From an uncultured Anaerolineales bacterium (GTDB taxonomy: Bacteria > Chloroflexota > Anaerolineae > Anaerolineales > UBA11858), in the NCBI GenBank assembly GCA_964458115.1, contig CAYWIC010000002.1:5936-69935 (forward strand): a stretch of DNA of 64,000 bases, given 5' to 3'. Each line of letters opens with the position of its first letter. Position 1 is the first letter of the stretch. Below are positions 18,910 through 27,666 of this stretch, in pieces. The notes under the pieces were generated by a model. That model was not told where the DNA came from. It did not search any database and saw nothing but the letters and a program-made list of their open reading frames with translations. The translations under genes and the position numbers were made by a program.

Positions 18910-20874
18910 TTATGGGTAATATATGCCAATAATTTCGGTTTCAGCCAAAGCTTTACCTCGAATTGCCTGCTTGAGAGGGATTTTCATCACGCCATCCTCT
19001 AGATCGAGGGTTGTGTCCAGCGCATAAAGCCTAAAGCGATATTGGTGGGATTTGGGAGGCGGGCAGGGGCCCATGTAGCCCAGGGCCAAGCGATTGTTTG
19101 TGCCGTGTTGACTGCCGTCGTCAAAATGCGCTGATGGTGGAACTCCCTCTGGAAGAGAGCGGGTATCAGGGGGAATGTTGAATAGCAGCCAGTGTGTGAG
19201 ATTATCATCGGCGGAGAGATCCTCAACGACGAGAACGAGGCTCGCGGTACCATCAGGGGGCTCTCCCCACTCGAGGGGTGGAGAAATATCCTTGTCGTCG
19301 CAGGTATAGGTGACGGGGATTACTTCCCCATCTCCGAAAGCCGGGCTGCTTATCTGGAAAACGGATGGATCAGTGATTGATGTGGTATCAGAAGATTCTG
19401 TATCCAAAGGGATTTCGTACATGTGCCCTGCGCCGCCTTCGACATAATCTTCGTCGTAGAATGAAGCGAAAACCTGGATTTGCTCTTCGCCAGTACAATG
19501 AGCGGGTGTTATTTTTCCGACATCCATCCCGCGGAAAAGCCCGGCGATGTCACGCACAGAATCTGCGGCCATTCCCCCAAGATGGAAGCCACCCATCACC
19601 CAGGCGATATCATCATCGAAAAGGCTCTTGGTTTTTCGTACCATGCTCAAGATGCCGGGATGCGCGCAGCCGGTGATGAGCACTACCCCCTGTTCTGTCT
19701 GGATGATCAAACCTTGCTCAGGGATCGTGCTGCCAAGCTGCCCAGTTGAGTATATTCCTGGAACAATTTCGATATGTTCGCTGACAGTCACCAGGTCCGT
19801 CTTTGCCCGGATACTATTTTTGATATTTTCTGGGAAGGATTCAGGTGCATAGACAGGAGGCGTGATCCCCAAATCCAATACTTCGTCCAATCCTCCGATA
19901 TGATCGAGATGTTCGTGGGAGAGCACGACGATATCGACCTCAGTCAGATCAATTCCCAAAATCTCAGCATTTCCTTTGAGAATCTCCCCGTTGTGACCTG
20001 TATCAAAAAGGATGGAATGCTCCCCGGTCTCTATCAATGCGGAGAAACCCCAATCAGAGGTCAGGCGAGTGTCGAAACTGGTGTTGTCATATAGGTAAGT
20101 GATGCGTATCGGTTGCACCCCACTCGCTTCGATAGCCTTCTCTTCCAATAGAGTTTGCAATATGGTCTCGCCAAATTCCCTTGATGTCGGTGGCCCCCCG
20201 GCGGTGATGATATTCCCATCTCTCTCGACGCGCGCTTTGGTACAGGTTGCTCCATTGGCTTCGAGAATACTGCATGTATCAGCGGGATTCACCATGGTGG
20301 CGTTTTTGCCCTCTAAGATGCCCGCTTCAACCAGAATCCTGACCCCGTTACAGATCGCGGCCACAACGATATTCTCATCCAGCGCCCTGTGAATAAGATC
20401 GTGGACTTCTTCTGATCTTGTGTAGTATAAAGGGTTGTCGAGAGAGCCAACGAAAATGATGGCATCATAATCGGCTGGGTTAGCTTCTGTGAGGATTAAA
20501 CTGGGTTTCACTTTCGTCGCCCCATCCAAGCCAGTGATTTGCTCCAAACTCGGCCCGCCAACAAAAACACGATACCCCGCGGCCTCGAGCAATTTGCGAG
20601 GTGCGCCGTACTCTGTGGTTTCAAAACCGGAGCTGACAGTCATCAACACGCTGCAGGTTCGCTCATCCGAAGGTTGGCATTGAGGAATTGGTGTTGGGCT
20701 TGACTGGATTGTTCTTGTGGGTGTTGGAGAAATGGTGCTTGTTAATGTTGGGTGAGGCGTTGACGTATTTGGTGCAATTTCAGTATTGGCGGAGGGATTG
20801 GTTGTGACATTGGCACTCGTGCAGCCGGACGTCAATATTAGGATTGTTGATAACAGAATGAGAATTTTCTGCAT
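18910..20874 (-). CDS. Lipoprotein fusion: DJ-1/PfpI + MBL-fold hydrolase + YbhB/YbcL (PEBP) domain
   Basis: Lipobox TSGC; DJ-1 motifs GFETTE and AICNG; MBL SHEHLDH/TGCAH/GGFHL/HCTG; PEBP SPPLEW, THW, YMGPCPP, HQYRF. Confidence 0.85.
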   Translation of the reverse strand: MQKILILLSTILILTSGCTSANVTTNPSANTEIAPNTSTPHPTLTSTISPTPTRTIQSSPTPIPQCQPSDERTCSVLMTVSSGFETTEYGAPRKLLEAAGYRVFVGGPSLEQITGLDGATKVKPSLILTEANPADYDAIIFVGSLDNPLYYTRSEEVHDLIHRALDENIVVAAICNGVRILVEAGILEGKNATMVNPADTCSILEANGATCTKARVERDGNIITAGGPPTSREFGETILQTLLEEKAIEASGVQPIRITYLYDNTSFDTRLTSDWGFSALIETGEHSILFDTGHNGEILKGNAEILGIDLTEVDIVVLSHEHLDHIGGLDEVLDLGITPPVYAPESFPENIKNSIRAKTDLVTVSEHIEIVPGIYSTGQLGSTIPEQGLIIQTEQGVVLITGCAHPGILSMVRKTKSLFDDDIAWVMGGFHLGGMAADSVRDIAGLFRGMDVGKITPAHCTGEEQIQVFASFYDEDYVEGGAGHMYEIPLDTESSDTTSITDPSVFQISSPAFGDGEVIPVTYTCDDKDISPPLEWGEPPDGTASLVLVVEDLSADDNLTHWLLFNIPPDTRSLPEGVPPSAHFDDGSQHGTNNRLALGYMGPCPPPKSHQYRFRLYALDTTLDLEDGVMKIPLKQAIRGKALAETEIIGIYYP

Positions 20875-20894
20875 TGCTATTCTCCCTTTTAGTT

Positions 20895-22376
20895 CTAAGG
20901 CAACGTCCAGCTCTCCATTTCTTCACGGAATACAACTGCATCAGGGAAGTTGGTTTCCATTAGATCATAATTTGGCTGGATAGTCGAATATTCATAGTGC
21001 ATCGGGATCAGGGTATCGGCATGGAATCCTTCTGCGAGGAGTTGGTGATCTGTCTCATGAATTAGTGAGAAGTGAGGCACGAATGCTACATCGATGTTCT
21101 TTTCGGGCAAATCATAGTTTTGGAAATAGCGAATGCTGACATCGTTTGTGGAGATATCGCCGGTGTGGAAGTATCGGTGCCCTCCAACGGTAAGGATGAA
21201 TCCCAGATTGAGTATGCCCCCACCATGCGAGATGTGTATGGCCTCCACGCCAATCTCGTTGACGATCCCTGCCCAGCGTCCGCCCCTATTGATATTGATT
21301 GATATGATTTGGTCGCGATATTCTTCCGCTTGAGGGATAGTGGCTGTTGCTTCGAAGGATGAGATAAAAATCGCTTCAGGGTGGTTTTCCAGGACTTGAC
21401 GCACTAGTCCATTGCTGAAGTGGTCTGCGTGGTTATGTGTTGCTAAGATGAGATCAACCCCATCGAAAGGTGGTTCCCCGTTGATGATGGCATTGGTGAC
21501 CTCTTCAGGGGGCGCGTATCCCGGTGGAAAACCATGAAAGAGGGAGTCGATGATGATCTTCTTTTCCCCGGCGGTGATCAGAAATCCGGCGTTGCCAACA
21601 TAGGTGACACTGCTCTCGATACCGGTATCATCCATCACCCAGAATTTGACCTCTTTGGCATCGCAGGCTACTTCGGGATCACAAGCTTCGAAATGCACCA
21701 TCTCAGCGCCGCGCCAATCAGAACTGGGAGGTGAAATGGATACATTGTCTTCGGCCATCTCCACCGTTAGCTGGCCCTCGCTAGCGATTGTCCAACTGAT
21801 TTCTTCAACAGCATGATCTTCGTCTATGGCCGCTTTCGATAGTTTAATTTCTGGAAAAGGCTCATTTGGGAGGATAACTTGATCGACGACTTGAATGATC
21901 GGTGGGTCATTCTCGGCCACAATAGTGAAGGCAATCTCTACAGAGTCGCAGGCTCCATCAGGGTCACAGGCCTGGATTTGCAGACTTTCTGATCCAGTCC
22001 AATCCGCGTCTGGGGGTGTGACCATCAAGATACTGCCCAACAGGCGCGTTCGAAGCTCCTCGTTGCCAGAGATTTCCCAGCGGATGCGCGTTACAGGATA
22101 GTTGGCGTCGGTGACATAATCACTCAGTTTGATCTGTTCGAAGCGCTCACCATCGGAGATGGATTGATCCGTCAATCCGGCGATCACCGGGGGAACATTT
22201 TCTACAACTTCTGTTGGAGGAGCTTCTTCCTGGGATGTTTCTAGATGTGGTTGCGCGGTCAGCTCTTGTGTAAGAGTGGGTAATTGAGCTGCACTGTTAC
22301 AACTCCCCATCAGATAACCGCCGAAAATGATTAGTAGTAGGCTAAACGGCTTTTTCATTTTGTGTCCTGATTTCAT
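20895..22376 (-). CDS. Lipoprotein with two Ig/cadherin-like repeats and C-terminal MBL-fold hydrolase
   Basis: Lipobox MGSC; two ~95-aa repeats (N.PP.I...W.G.E....ACDP..AC); YVGNAGF, THNHADH, PMHY. Confidence 0.8.
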   Translation of the reverse strand: MKSGHKMKKPFSLLLIIFGGYLMGSCNSAAQLPTLTQELTAQPHLETSQEEAPPTEVVENVPPVIAGLTDQSISDGERFEQIKLSDYVTDANYPVTRIRWEISGNEELRTRLLGSILMVTPPDADWTGSESLQIQACDPDGACDSVEIAFTIVAENDPPIIQVVDQVILPNEPFPEIKLSKAAIDEDHAVEEISWTIASEGQLTVEMAEDNVSISPPSSDWRGAEMVHFEACDPEVACDAKEVKFWVMDDTGIESSVTYVGNAGFLITAGEKKIIIDSLFHGFPPGYAPPEEVTNAIINGEPPFDGVDLILATHNHADHFSNGLVRQVLENHPEAIFISSFEATATIPQAEEYRDQIISININRGGRWAGIVNEIGVEAIHISHGGGILNLGFILTVGGHRYFHTGDISTNDVSIRYFQNYDLPEKNIDVAFVPHFSLIHETDHQLLAEGFHADTLIPMHYEYSTIQPNYDLMETNFPDAVVFREEMESWTLP

Positions 22377-23539
22377 GGTGTGGTTGCCGGGATTATGTAT
22401 TGCCAGAGGAAATCTAGAGAGTCGAAAATGTCTGGCTGACCCTGGTAGGATGCATCGGAAGTGGTCACGAAGACCAGGTCTAGCGCCGGAATGATGTAGA
22501 TCATCTGCCCGCCCCCGCCCCGGGCAGAATATACATCATAATTCCACATCGAGGCTAGCCACCACCAGTACCCGTAATAGGTATCCTGACCGGAACTGGC
22601 CGTGGTGTGATAGGAAAGGGAATCTTCTACCCAGGTTTCGGGCAGAATCTGGTTTCCATGCCACTCCCCTCCATGCAGATACAGCAGCCCAAATTTGGCC
22701 AATTCGCGTGGTGTCAGATACATGTTCCAGCCCCCGGTGAAATATCCATCCTTATCCTGGTTCCACCATTCAACCGTTATGCCCAACGCATCGAAGAGAT
22801 ACTTGTAAGCGAATGTGCATATGTCCATCCCGCTTGCCTCGCTGATCACAGCCGACATCAGATGGGTAGCTCCCGTGTTGTACAGAAAAACATCGGGTGT
22901 CACTTGTGAAGGAGTATCAAGTATTCTTTCCAGGGATACCCGGTCTTTCTGTGATTTCCCGCCGATGATCTGCGGTTCCCAGGCGAATCCGGTGCGCATG
23001 GTCAGTAGGTCTTCCAAGTTGAGATGGGCTCTGTCGGGTTGCTTGTGATTTTTGAGAATTTCCGGTAGCAGCTCGCCTAAGGTTTGGGAAGTACTTTCCA
23101 GGTAACCTTCCCGCAAAGCGATCCCCGTTAGCGCAGATAGGATGCTCTTGGAAGCTGAAGCGATTTCGTGGCTGCTGTTTTTTGTTTGTCCATTGAAGTA
23201 CTTCTCGTAGACGATGTGGTCGTTTCTGATGATCAAGATACTATAAAGGGCCGGATATTGATCCAATGTTTCCAAGCCTTGCGCCAGCAAGTCAGTATCC
23301 ATGCCGCTCTCTTCGTGGGTAGAGAATTGCCAATCCGGGGCGTCATCCACTGGGTCGCGGAAGGTCAGACTGTTGGGAAGGCCGCCAAATCGACAGCGTT
23401 GATCTGTATTGGTCTCGGTTGCGGTTGGTTCAATTTGTGACAGCGAATCAACCACTGGTGGTGTCGCAGGTTGACACCCGAGAAACACAAAGGCTGCCGC
23501 CAGTAGAAACATGGATGTCCTGAGTTGGGATGGTTTCAT
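22373..23539 (-). CDS. Serine hydrolase (beta-lactamase class C / esterase family) lipoprotein
   Basis: Lipobox FLGC; SASK (SxxK), LLTMRTG, YNT, ARGGGGQ. Confidence 0.88.
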   Translation of the reverse strand: MKPSQLRTSMFLLAAAFVFLGCQPATPPVVDSLSQIEPTATETNTDQRCRFGGLPNSLTFRDPVDDAPDWQFSTHEESGMDTDLLAQGLETLDQYPALYSILIIRNDHIVYEKYFNGQTKNSSHEIASASKSILSALTGIALREGYLESTSQTLGELLPEILKNHKQPDRAHLNLEDLLTMRTGFAWEPQIIGGKSQKDRVSLERILDTPSQVTPDVFLYNTGATHLMSAVISEASGMDICTFAYKYLFDALGITVEWWNQDKDGYFTGGWNMYLTPRELAKFGLLYLHGGEWHGNQILPETWVEDSLSYHTTASSGQDTYYGYWWWLASMWNYDVYSARGGGGQMIYIIPALDLVFVTTSDASYQGQPDIFDSLDFLWQYIIPATTP

Positions 23540-23605
23540 ATAGTAATCGAAGCTAGAGAAGGTTAATACATATATCGTCAGATATCGCGGATGGGTCGTT
23601 AATTG

Positions 23606-26539
23606 TTATTCGAAAAGCATCTTGCCAATCTCATCGCGGATCGCTCTGATGTCGGTTGTCTCCCGATTGCAAAGCACGATTATCGTGGATTTCGAAACTG
23701 GAAAACGTTCAATCATGGTGACGAACCCATCCCCGCCGCCCCCATGCCAGATGGCGCGTTGAGTGTGCTTTTTTCCCAAGAACCATCCATAGCCGTACCC
23801 CCCGATGGGAGTTTCCGTATACGATGTGAATATGCTGTCCAAAATATTTTGAGGAATGAGCGTTGTGGAATAGAGAGCCTGGTCCCAAAGATACATATCT
23901 TCGACGGTGGAGTAAAGCGCGCCCGCGGCATAGGGGATGGACATATCCACATAATCTGCATCACGCCAGGCTGTTCCATGACCAGCATATCCCTTGGCAA
24001 TATCCTCCAAATTATGATCGTAGCCACTATCCATCATCTGCAACGGCTCAAAAATATTTTCTTTGATGAAAGCGTCATATGTCTGGCCAGAAACTTGTTC
24101 AATGATATAGCCCAAGATGATATATCCCGAATTGCTGTATTCCCATTGGCTACCCGGAGTGAAATCGAGTTCCAAAGGTGCGAAGCGCGCTATGGTTTCG
24201 AGCGGAGTTGTTGGGAAATCGTCAGTCTCTTCGTAATCGTCAAAATCTGTGAAGTTTGGAATTCCCGAAATATGGGTTAGCAGATGATGTAAGGTGATTT
24301 TTCCCCAGTTTACTGGGCATTCAGTAATGTAGTTGCAGATGTTGTCATCGACATTGAGCGCCCCTTGATCTTGCAAGATCATGATTCCCATGGCCGTGAA
24401 TTGCTTGGTGACAGAAGCCAGCCGAAATTTGGTTTTCGATGAATTTGCAATATTATTTTCGCGGTCTGTAAAACCATAGCCTTTGCTGAGGATGACATCC
24501 CCATTCTGAGCGACCAGAATCGCCCCTGAAAAGCGGTTATTCTCAGTCAGGGAATTGACAAACACATCGATTTCAGAGGCGAGTTCGTCCTTATGCCCAA
24601 TTGAAGCTTCTGGCGAGTTGGCATCGATAAATTCCTCCACTCGCTGTTCGAGGATCTCCAGCGGCAAGCTGCCATTTCCGATGACCACATTGTGGAATTC
24701 TTTGATATCAAATTTCTCACCGAGGGCATCCATGACCTGCTGGCGCAGCTCTAGGATCTTTAACATGCCGACCTTGTATCCTGTGGCCTGGGCGGGGAGC
24801 ACAATGTAGCGATCGATCTCATGGTAGTACCATCCCCTTTTGGTTGGCATGGCCTGATCCATATATCCTTGGGCTTCTGCACGCGTCCAGCCCATGGCAT
24901 GGATGCCGGTATCTACTACCAGGCGCACGGCGCGCAGCAGTTCATATTGCAGACGACCAAGATTTCCGTAGGGGCTATCGTCGTATAAACCCATTTCCCA
25001 GGCCAGCCGTTCGGCATAGAGCGCCCAACCCTCGACATACCCGTTGAAATGGATGAAATTGCGAAAAGCTGGCAGATCCAACTCTTGGGCCAGGGCGATC
25101 TGATAATGGTGCCCCGGGATAGTTTCGTGATACGCGATGGTTTGGGCCGAATATTTGGGTCGGTACCCGCCACCGGTGCTGACATGATACGAACCAGGCC
25201 TGGAGCCATCGGGAGTGCCAGGGACATAGTACCCACCCATCGGTCCTCCCAGAACAACCACCTCACCACGCGGGCGCAGATCGAAGAGCTCGCTCACGCG
25301 CGTGTCGGCTTCATCAATGATCCTTTCGATGCTGTGGATGTAATTCGCCTGGCTACTGGGTGAGTTGACATCGTAATATCCTGCCACATCGATGGCTAGC
25401 TGGAAGTTCTCACGTAAGCTGGCCTCTTCGGGGTATTCCAACTCGATCAGAGCCTGGCGCATTTCTTCCTGGATGCGCTCAACCTCAGCCAACCCTAGTG
25501 CGTGGATCTGCTGCGGGGTTAGGTCGGTGCTGGTTTCCTGGCGCAGCATATAGGCGTAGTACGCCTCACCATTGGGCAGCTTCCATGCCCCCGCATCGGT
25601 TGTGGACAGCGGTAACAGGTGATCCTGGTATTCGATCAGCTTGATAAAAGCTGGAATGAGCGACACCTCGATCGCGCCGCGCGCCGCTTCACGGAAGGCA
25701 GTCTTTTCTTGGTCGCTCAACCCGGGGATCCCCTCGATCTCTTCGTCAAAACGAGTGTAAACGCGCAGCGATTTGGTGTTAACTTGCATTTCGACCGAAT
25801 ATATTCCCAGGTAATTGAGCAGTTCACCCTTGGTGAGCGTCAGGATGAAATCCGGTGGGATGATGCCCATTTCTTCCCGAATTTGCAGTCCCTCCATCAG
25901 CTGGTTGACCTGAGTGCTGACCTTGGAGAGTCTGGCGATATAATCTTCAGCGTTCGCGCGGGTCTTGAGCGGGTGTACCTCAGTCAGCAGGTTGTCCAAC
26001 TCAAAGTGATAGCTGCCGATAAAATGCGTTAAGGGGTAATTGTGGTACATGAACTCGTGGCCGTGCACCTGGTTATCCAAATACCAGGCATAGACATCGT
26101 AGGAAATCTGTTGTTCGGGGGTCAGGGAGTCCTGATCGTACGCGCGTAATCGCTCCAAAATTCCTGTTTCCAACTTCTGTGTGTCGCGCAGATACGCATC
26201 GGAGAGGTTGTTAAGTTGATCATCGCGCAGCCCGAATAATGCCGATACCCCCGCATGGGTCAGCCCCTCTGGATTGCGGAGTGAAAGCTGGTTGAAGGAT
26301 TGCTCGAAGAAGGCGTCGATTGAGAGGCCTTGTAAGGAATTAAGAATCTCCACCACTGTTCTCTCGGGCGGCGTTTCTGACTCAGAGTTTAGCTTGGTCG
26401 GTGTTTCCTGAACTGGGTTCTCAGCTTTAGGGCTGGCTGTTACTGTGTGCTCTGACGAAATGGTTTCTGATGAACACCCTGAAGAAAAAGTCCCCAGCAG
26501 GATTATCCCCAGGGTAGCAATATAATTCCCTATTTTCAT
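23606..26539 (-). CDS. DUF885 + serine hydrolase (beta-lactamase family) fusion lipoprotein
   Basis: Lipobox SSGC; DUF885 motifs HETIPGHH, EGWALYAE, LVVDTGIH; then SVTK, YSN, HGG. Confidence 0.88.
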   Translation of the reverse strand: MKIGNYIATLGIILLGTFSSGCSSETISSEHTVTASPKAENPVQETPTKLNSESETPPERTVVEILNSLQGLSIDAFFEQSFNQLSLRNPEGLTHAGVSALFGLRDDQLNNLSDAYLRDTQKLETGILERLRAYDQDSLTPEQQISYDVYAWYLDNQVHGHEFMYHNYPLTHFIGSYHFELDNLLTEVHPLKTRANAEDYIARLSKVSTQVNQLMEGLQIREEMGIIPPDFILTLTKGELLNYLGIYSVEMQVNTKSLRVYTRFDEEIEGIPGLSDQEKTAFREAARGAIEVSLIPAFIKLIEYQDHLLPLSTTDAGAWKLPNGEAYYAYMLRQETSTDLTPQQIHALGLAEVERIQEEMRQALIELEYPEEASLRENFQLAIDVAGYYDVNSPSSQANYIHSIERIIDEADTRVSELFDLRPRGEVVVLGGPMGGYYVPGTPDGSRPGSYHVSTGGGYRPKYSAQTIAYHETIPGHHYQIALAQELDLPAFRNFIHFNGYVEGWALYAERLAWEMGLYDDSPYGNLGRLQYELLRAVRLVVDTGIHAMGWTRAEAQGYMDQAMPTKRGWYYHEIDRYIVLPAQATGYKVGMLKILELRQQVMDALGEKFDIKEFHNVVIGNGSLPLEILEQRVEEFIDANSPEASIGHKDELASEIDVFVNSLTENNRFSGAILVAQNGDVILSKGYGFTDRENNIANSSKTKFRLASVTKQFTAMGIMILQDQGALNVDDNICNYITECPVNWGKITLHHLLTHISGIPNFTDFDDYEETDDFPTTPLETIARFAPLELDFTPGSQWEYSNSGYIILGYIIEQVSGQTYDAFIKENIFEPLQMMDSGYDHNLEDIAKGYAGHGTAWRDADYVDMSIPYAAGALYSTVEDMYLWDQALYSTTLIPQNILDSIFTSYTETPIGGYGYGWFLGKKHTQRAIWHGGGGDGFVTMIERFPVSKSTIIVLCNRETTDIRAIRDEIGKMLFE

Positions 26540-26621
26540 CGGTGCTCCTTTGGATCTCCACTAATGTGTTGATAAATTAGTTCTAGCTGATTTGGGTCTT
26601 AGGGAAACATCGTGAGACTAT

Positions 26622-26674
26622 CCAGATTTAGGGGTGAGTGGGGTACGGAGCACCCCACTCACCCCTAAATCTGG
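26622..26674. repeat. Long intergenic palindrome (family A, copy 3)
   Basis: 23-bp stem CCAGATTTAGGGGTGAGTGGGGT / ACCCCACTCACCCCTAAATCTGG, one A.C mismatch, C-GGA-G loop. Nested in an outer imperfect IR at 26589-26708. Confidence 0.95.
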
Positions 26675-26724
26675 GGGATCACCCTGGCAATCCCTAGAGA
26701 ACCAAATCTTCGTATCTTAGTGGT

Positions 26725-27666
26725 TTACTTATTCAACAGCCCTGAAAGAAAAGTTTCAACCAATTGCATAGATTCATCGCTCTTGGCGATGGTCTGGTGG
26801 GTGCCGCCTGGGATGATATGCAGTTCAACAGATACTCCGGCATTTTCCAATACTTGGGCGAAGGCTCGAGATTGGGAGGGGAGAATAGTATTGTCATTGC
26901 CACCATGGAGCAGCAAAAAGGGTGGCTCGCTCCCATCAATGGCATTGATCGCGGAACCCGCAACCCATTTTTCCTGGTCCTTTCCAAAGAGCATGATCAC
27001 GTATTCTTCATGGGCAGGAGTACTCTCAACAAAACTTTCATAATCGAAGATACCCGTAAGGGCTGCAACTCCCTGGATCCAATTGTCTTCGGGTAAGGAA
27101 TGTGGGCAATCGTTCATGAATTCTGCAGGATCATCTGTGACGCCCAGTAAGGTGACCAATGTGCCCCCTTCAGAATGCCCCATTGTGAAAATATTTTCGG
27201 TATCCAGTCCATAGCCATCTTTGTTGGTGTGCAGCCATGCCAAAGCGCAAAATGTATCCGAAACCATTTCCAAATGACCAAAATCCGGTGTACCTCGGTG
27301 ATTGATGGATACCGTGGCGTAACCTTTCTCGGCGAAGGTGCGCGCCCAAAAAGCGAGCTGTTCTTTGGTTCCACCGCCGGCATGGATCATTAGGATCACA
27401 GGATAGGGCGGTTCGGATAAATTGGGAAGGTAGATATCCAGCTTGTGTTTGACGCCTGAATCAGGGATATACAAAATGTTCTTGGTTACTTCAACTGGTT
27501 TGATCGTTGGGGTGATTGTGGGTGAAATCTCCGCAGTAGGGGATGGTGCCGGTGTTGTAGGTGTTGGTGGAGTAATCTCTGGCTTAGGTGTACAGCCACA
27601 TAAAATAAAGACTATTGTCAGCATGATCGCTGTTGGAAAGATTGCTTTGCGCATATTTGGCATCAC
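26725..27666 (-). CDS. Alpha/beta hydrolase (carboxylesterase, BD-FAE-like) lipoprotein
   Basis: Lipobox LCGC, P/T linker, IHAGGG, GHSEG, HGGND, GTH. Confidence 0.88.
   Translation of the reverse strand: MMPNMRKAIFPTAIMLTIVFILCGCTPKPEITPPTPTTPAPSPTAEISPTITPTIKPVEVTKNILYIPDSGVKHKLDIYLPNLSEPPYPVILMIHAGGGTKEQLAFWARTFAEKGYATVSINHRGTPDFGHLEMVSDTFCALAWLHTNKDGYGLDTENIFTMGHSEGGTLVTLLGVTDDPAEFMNDCPHSLPEDNWIQGVAALTGIFDYESFVESTPAHEEYVIMLFGKDQEKWVAGSAINAIDGSEPPFLLLHGGNDNTILPSQSRAFAQVLENAGVSVELHIIPGGTHQTIAKSDESMQLVETFLSGLLNK

Noticed and set aside
22373-26539. Antibiotic-resistance beta-lactamases
   Set aside because: The SxxK fold is shared by esterases and peptidases; nothing in the sequence specifies beta-lactam hydrolysis.
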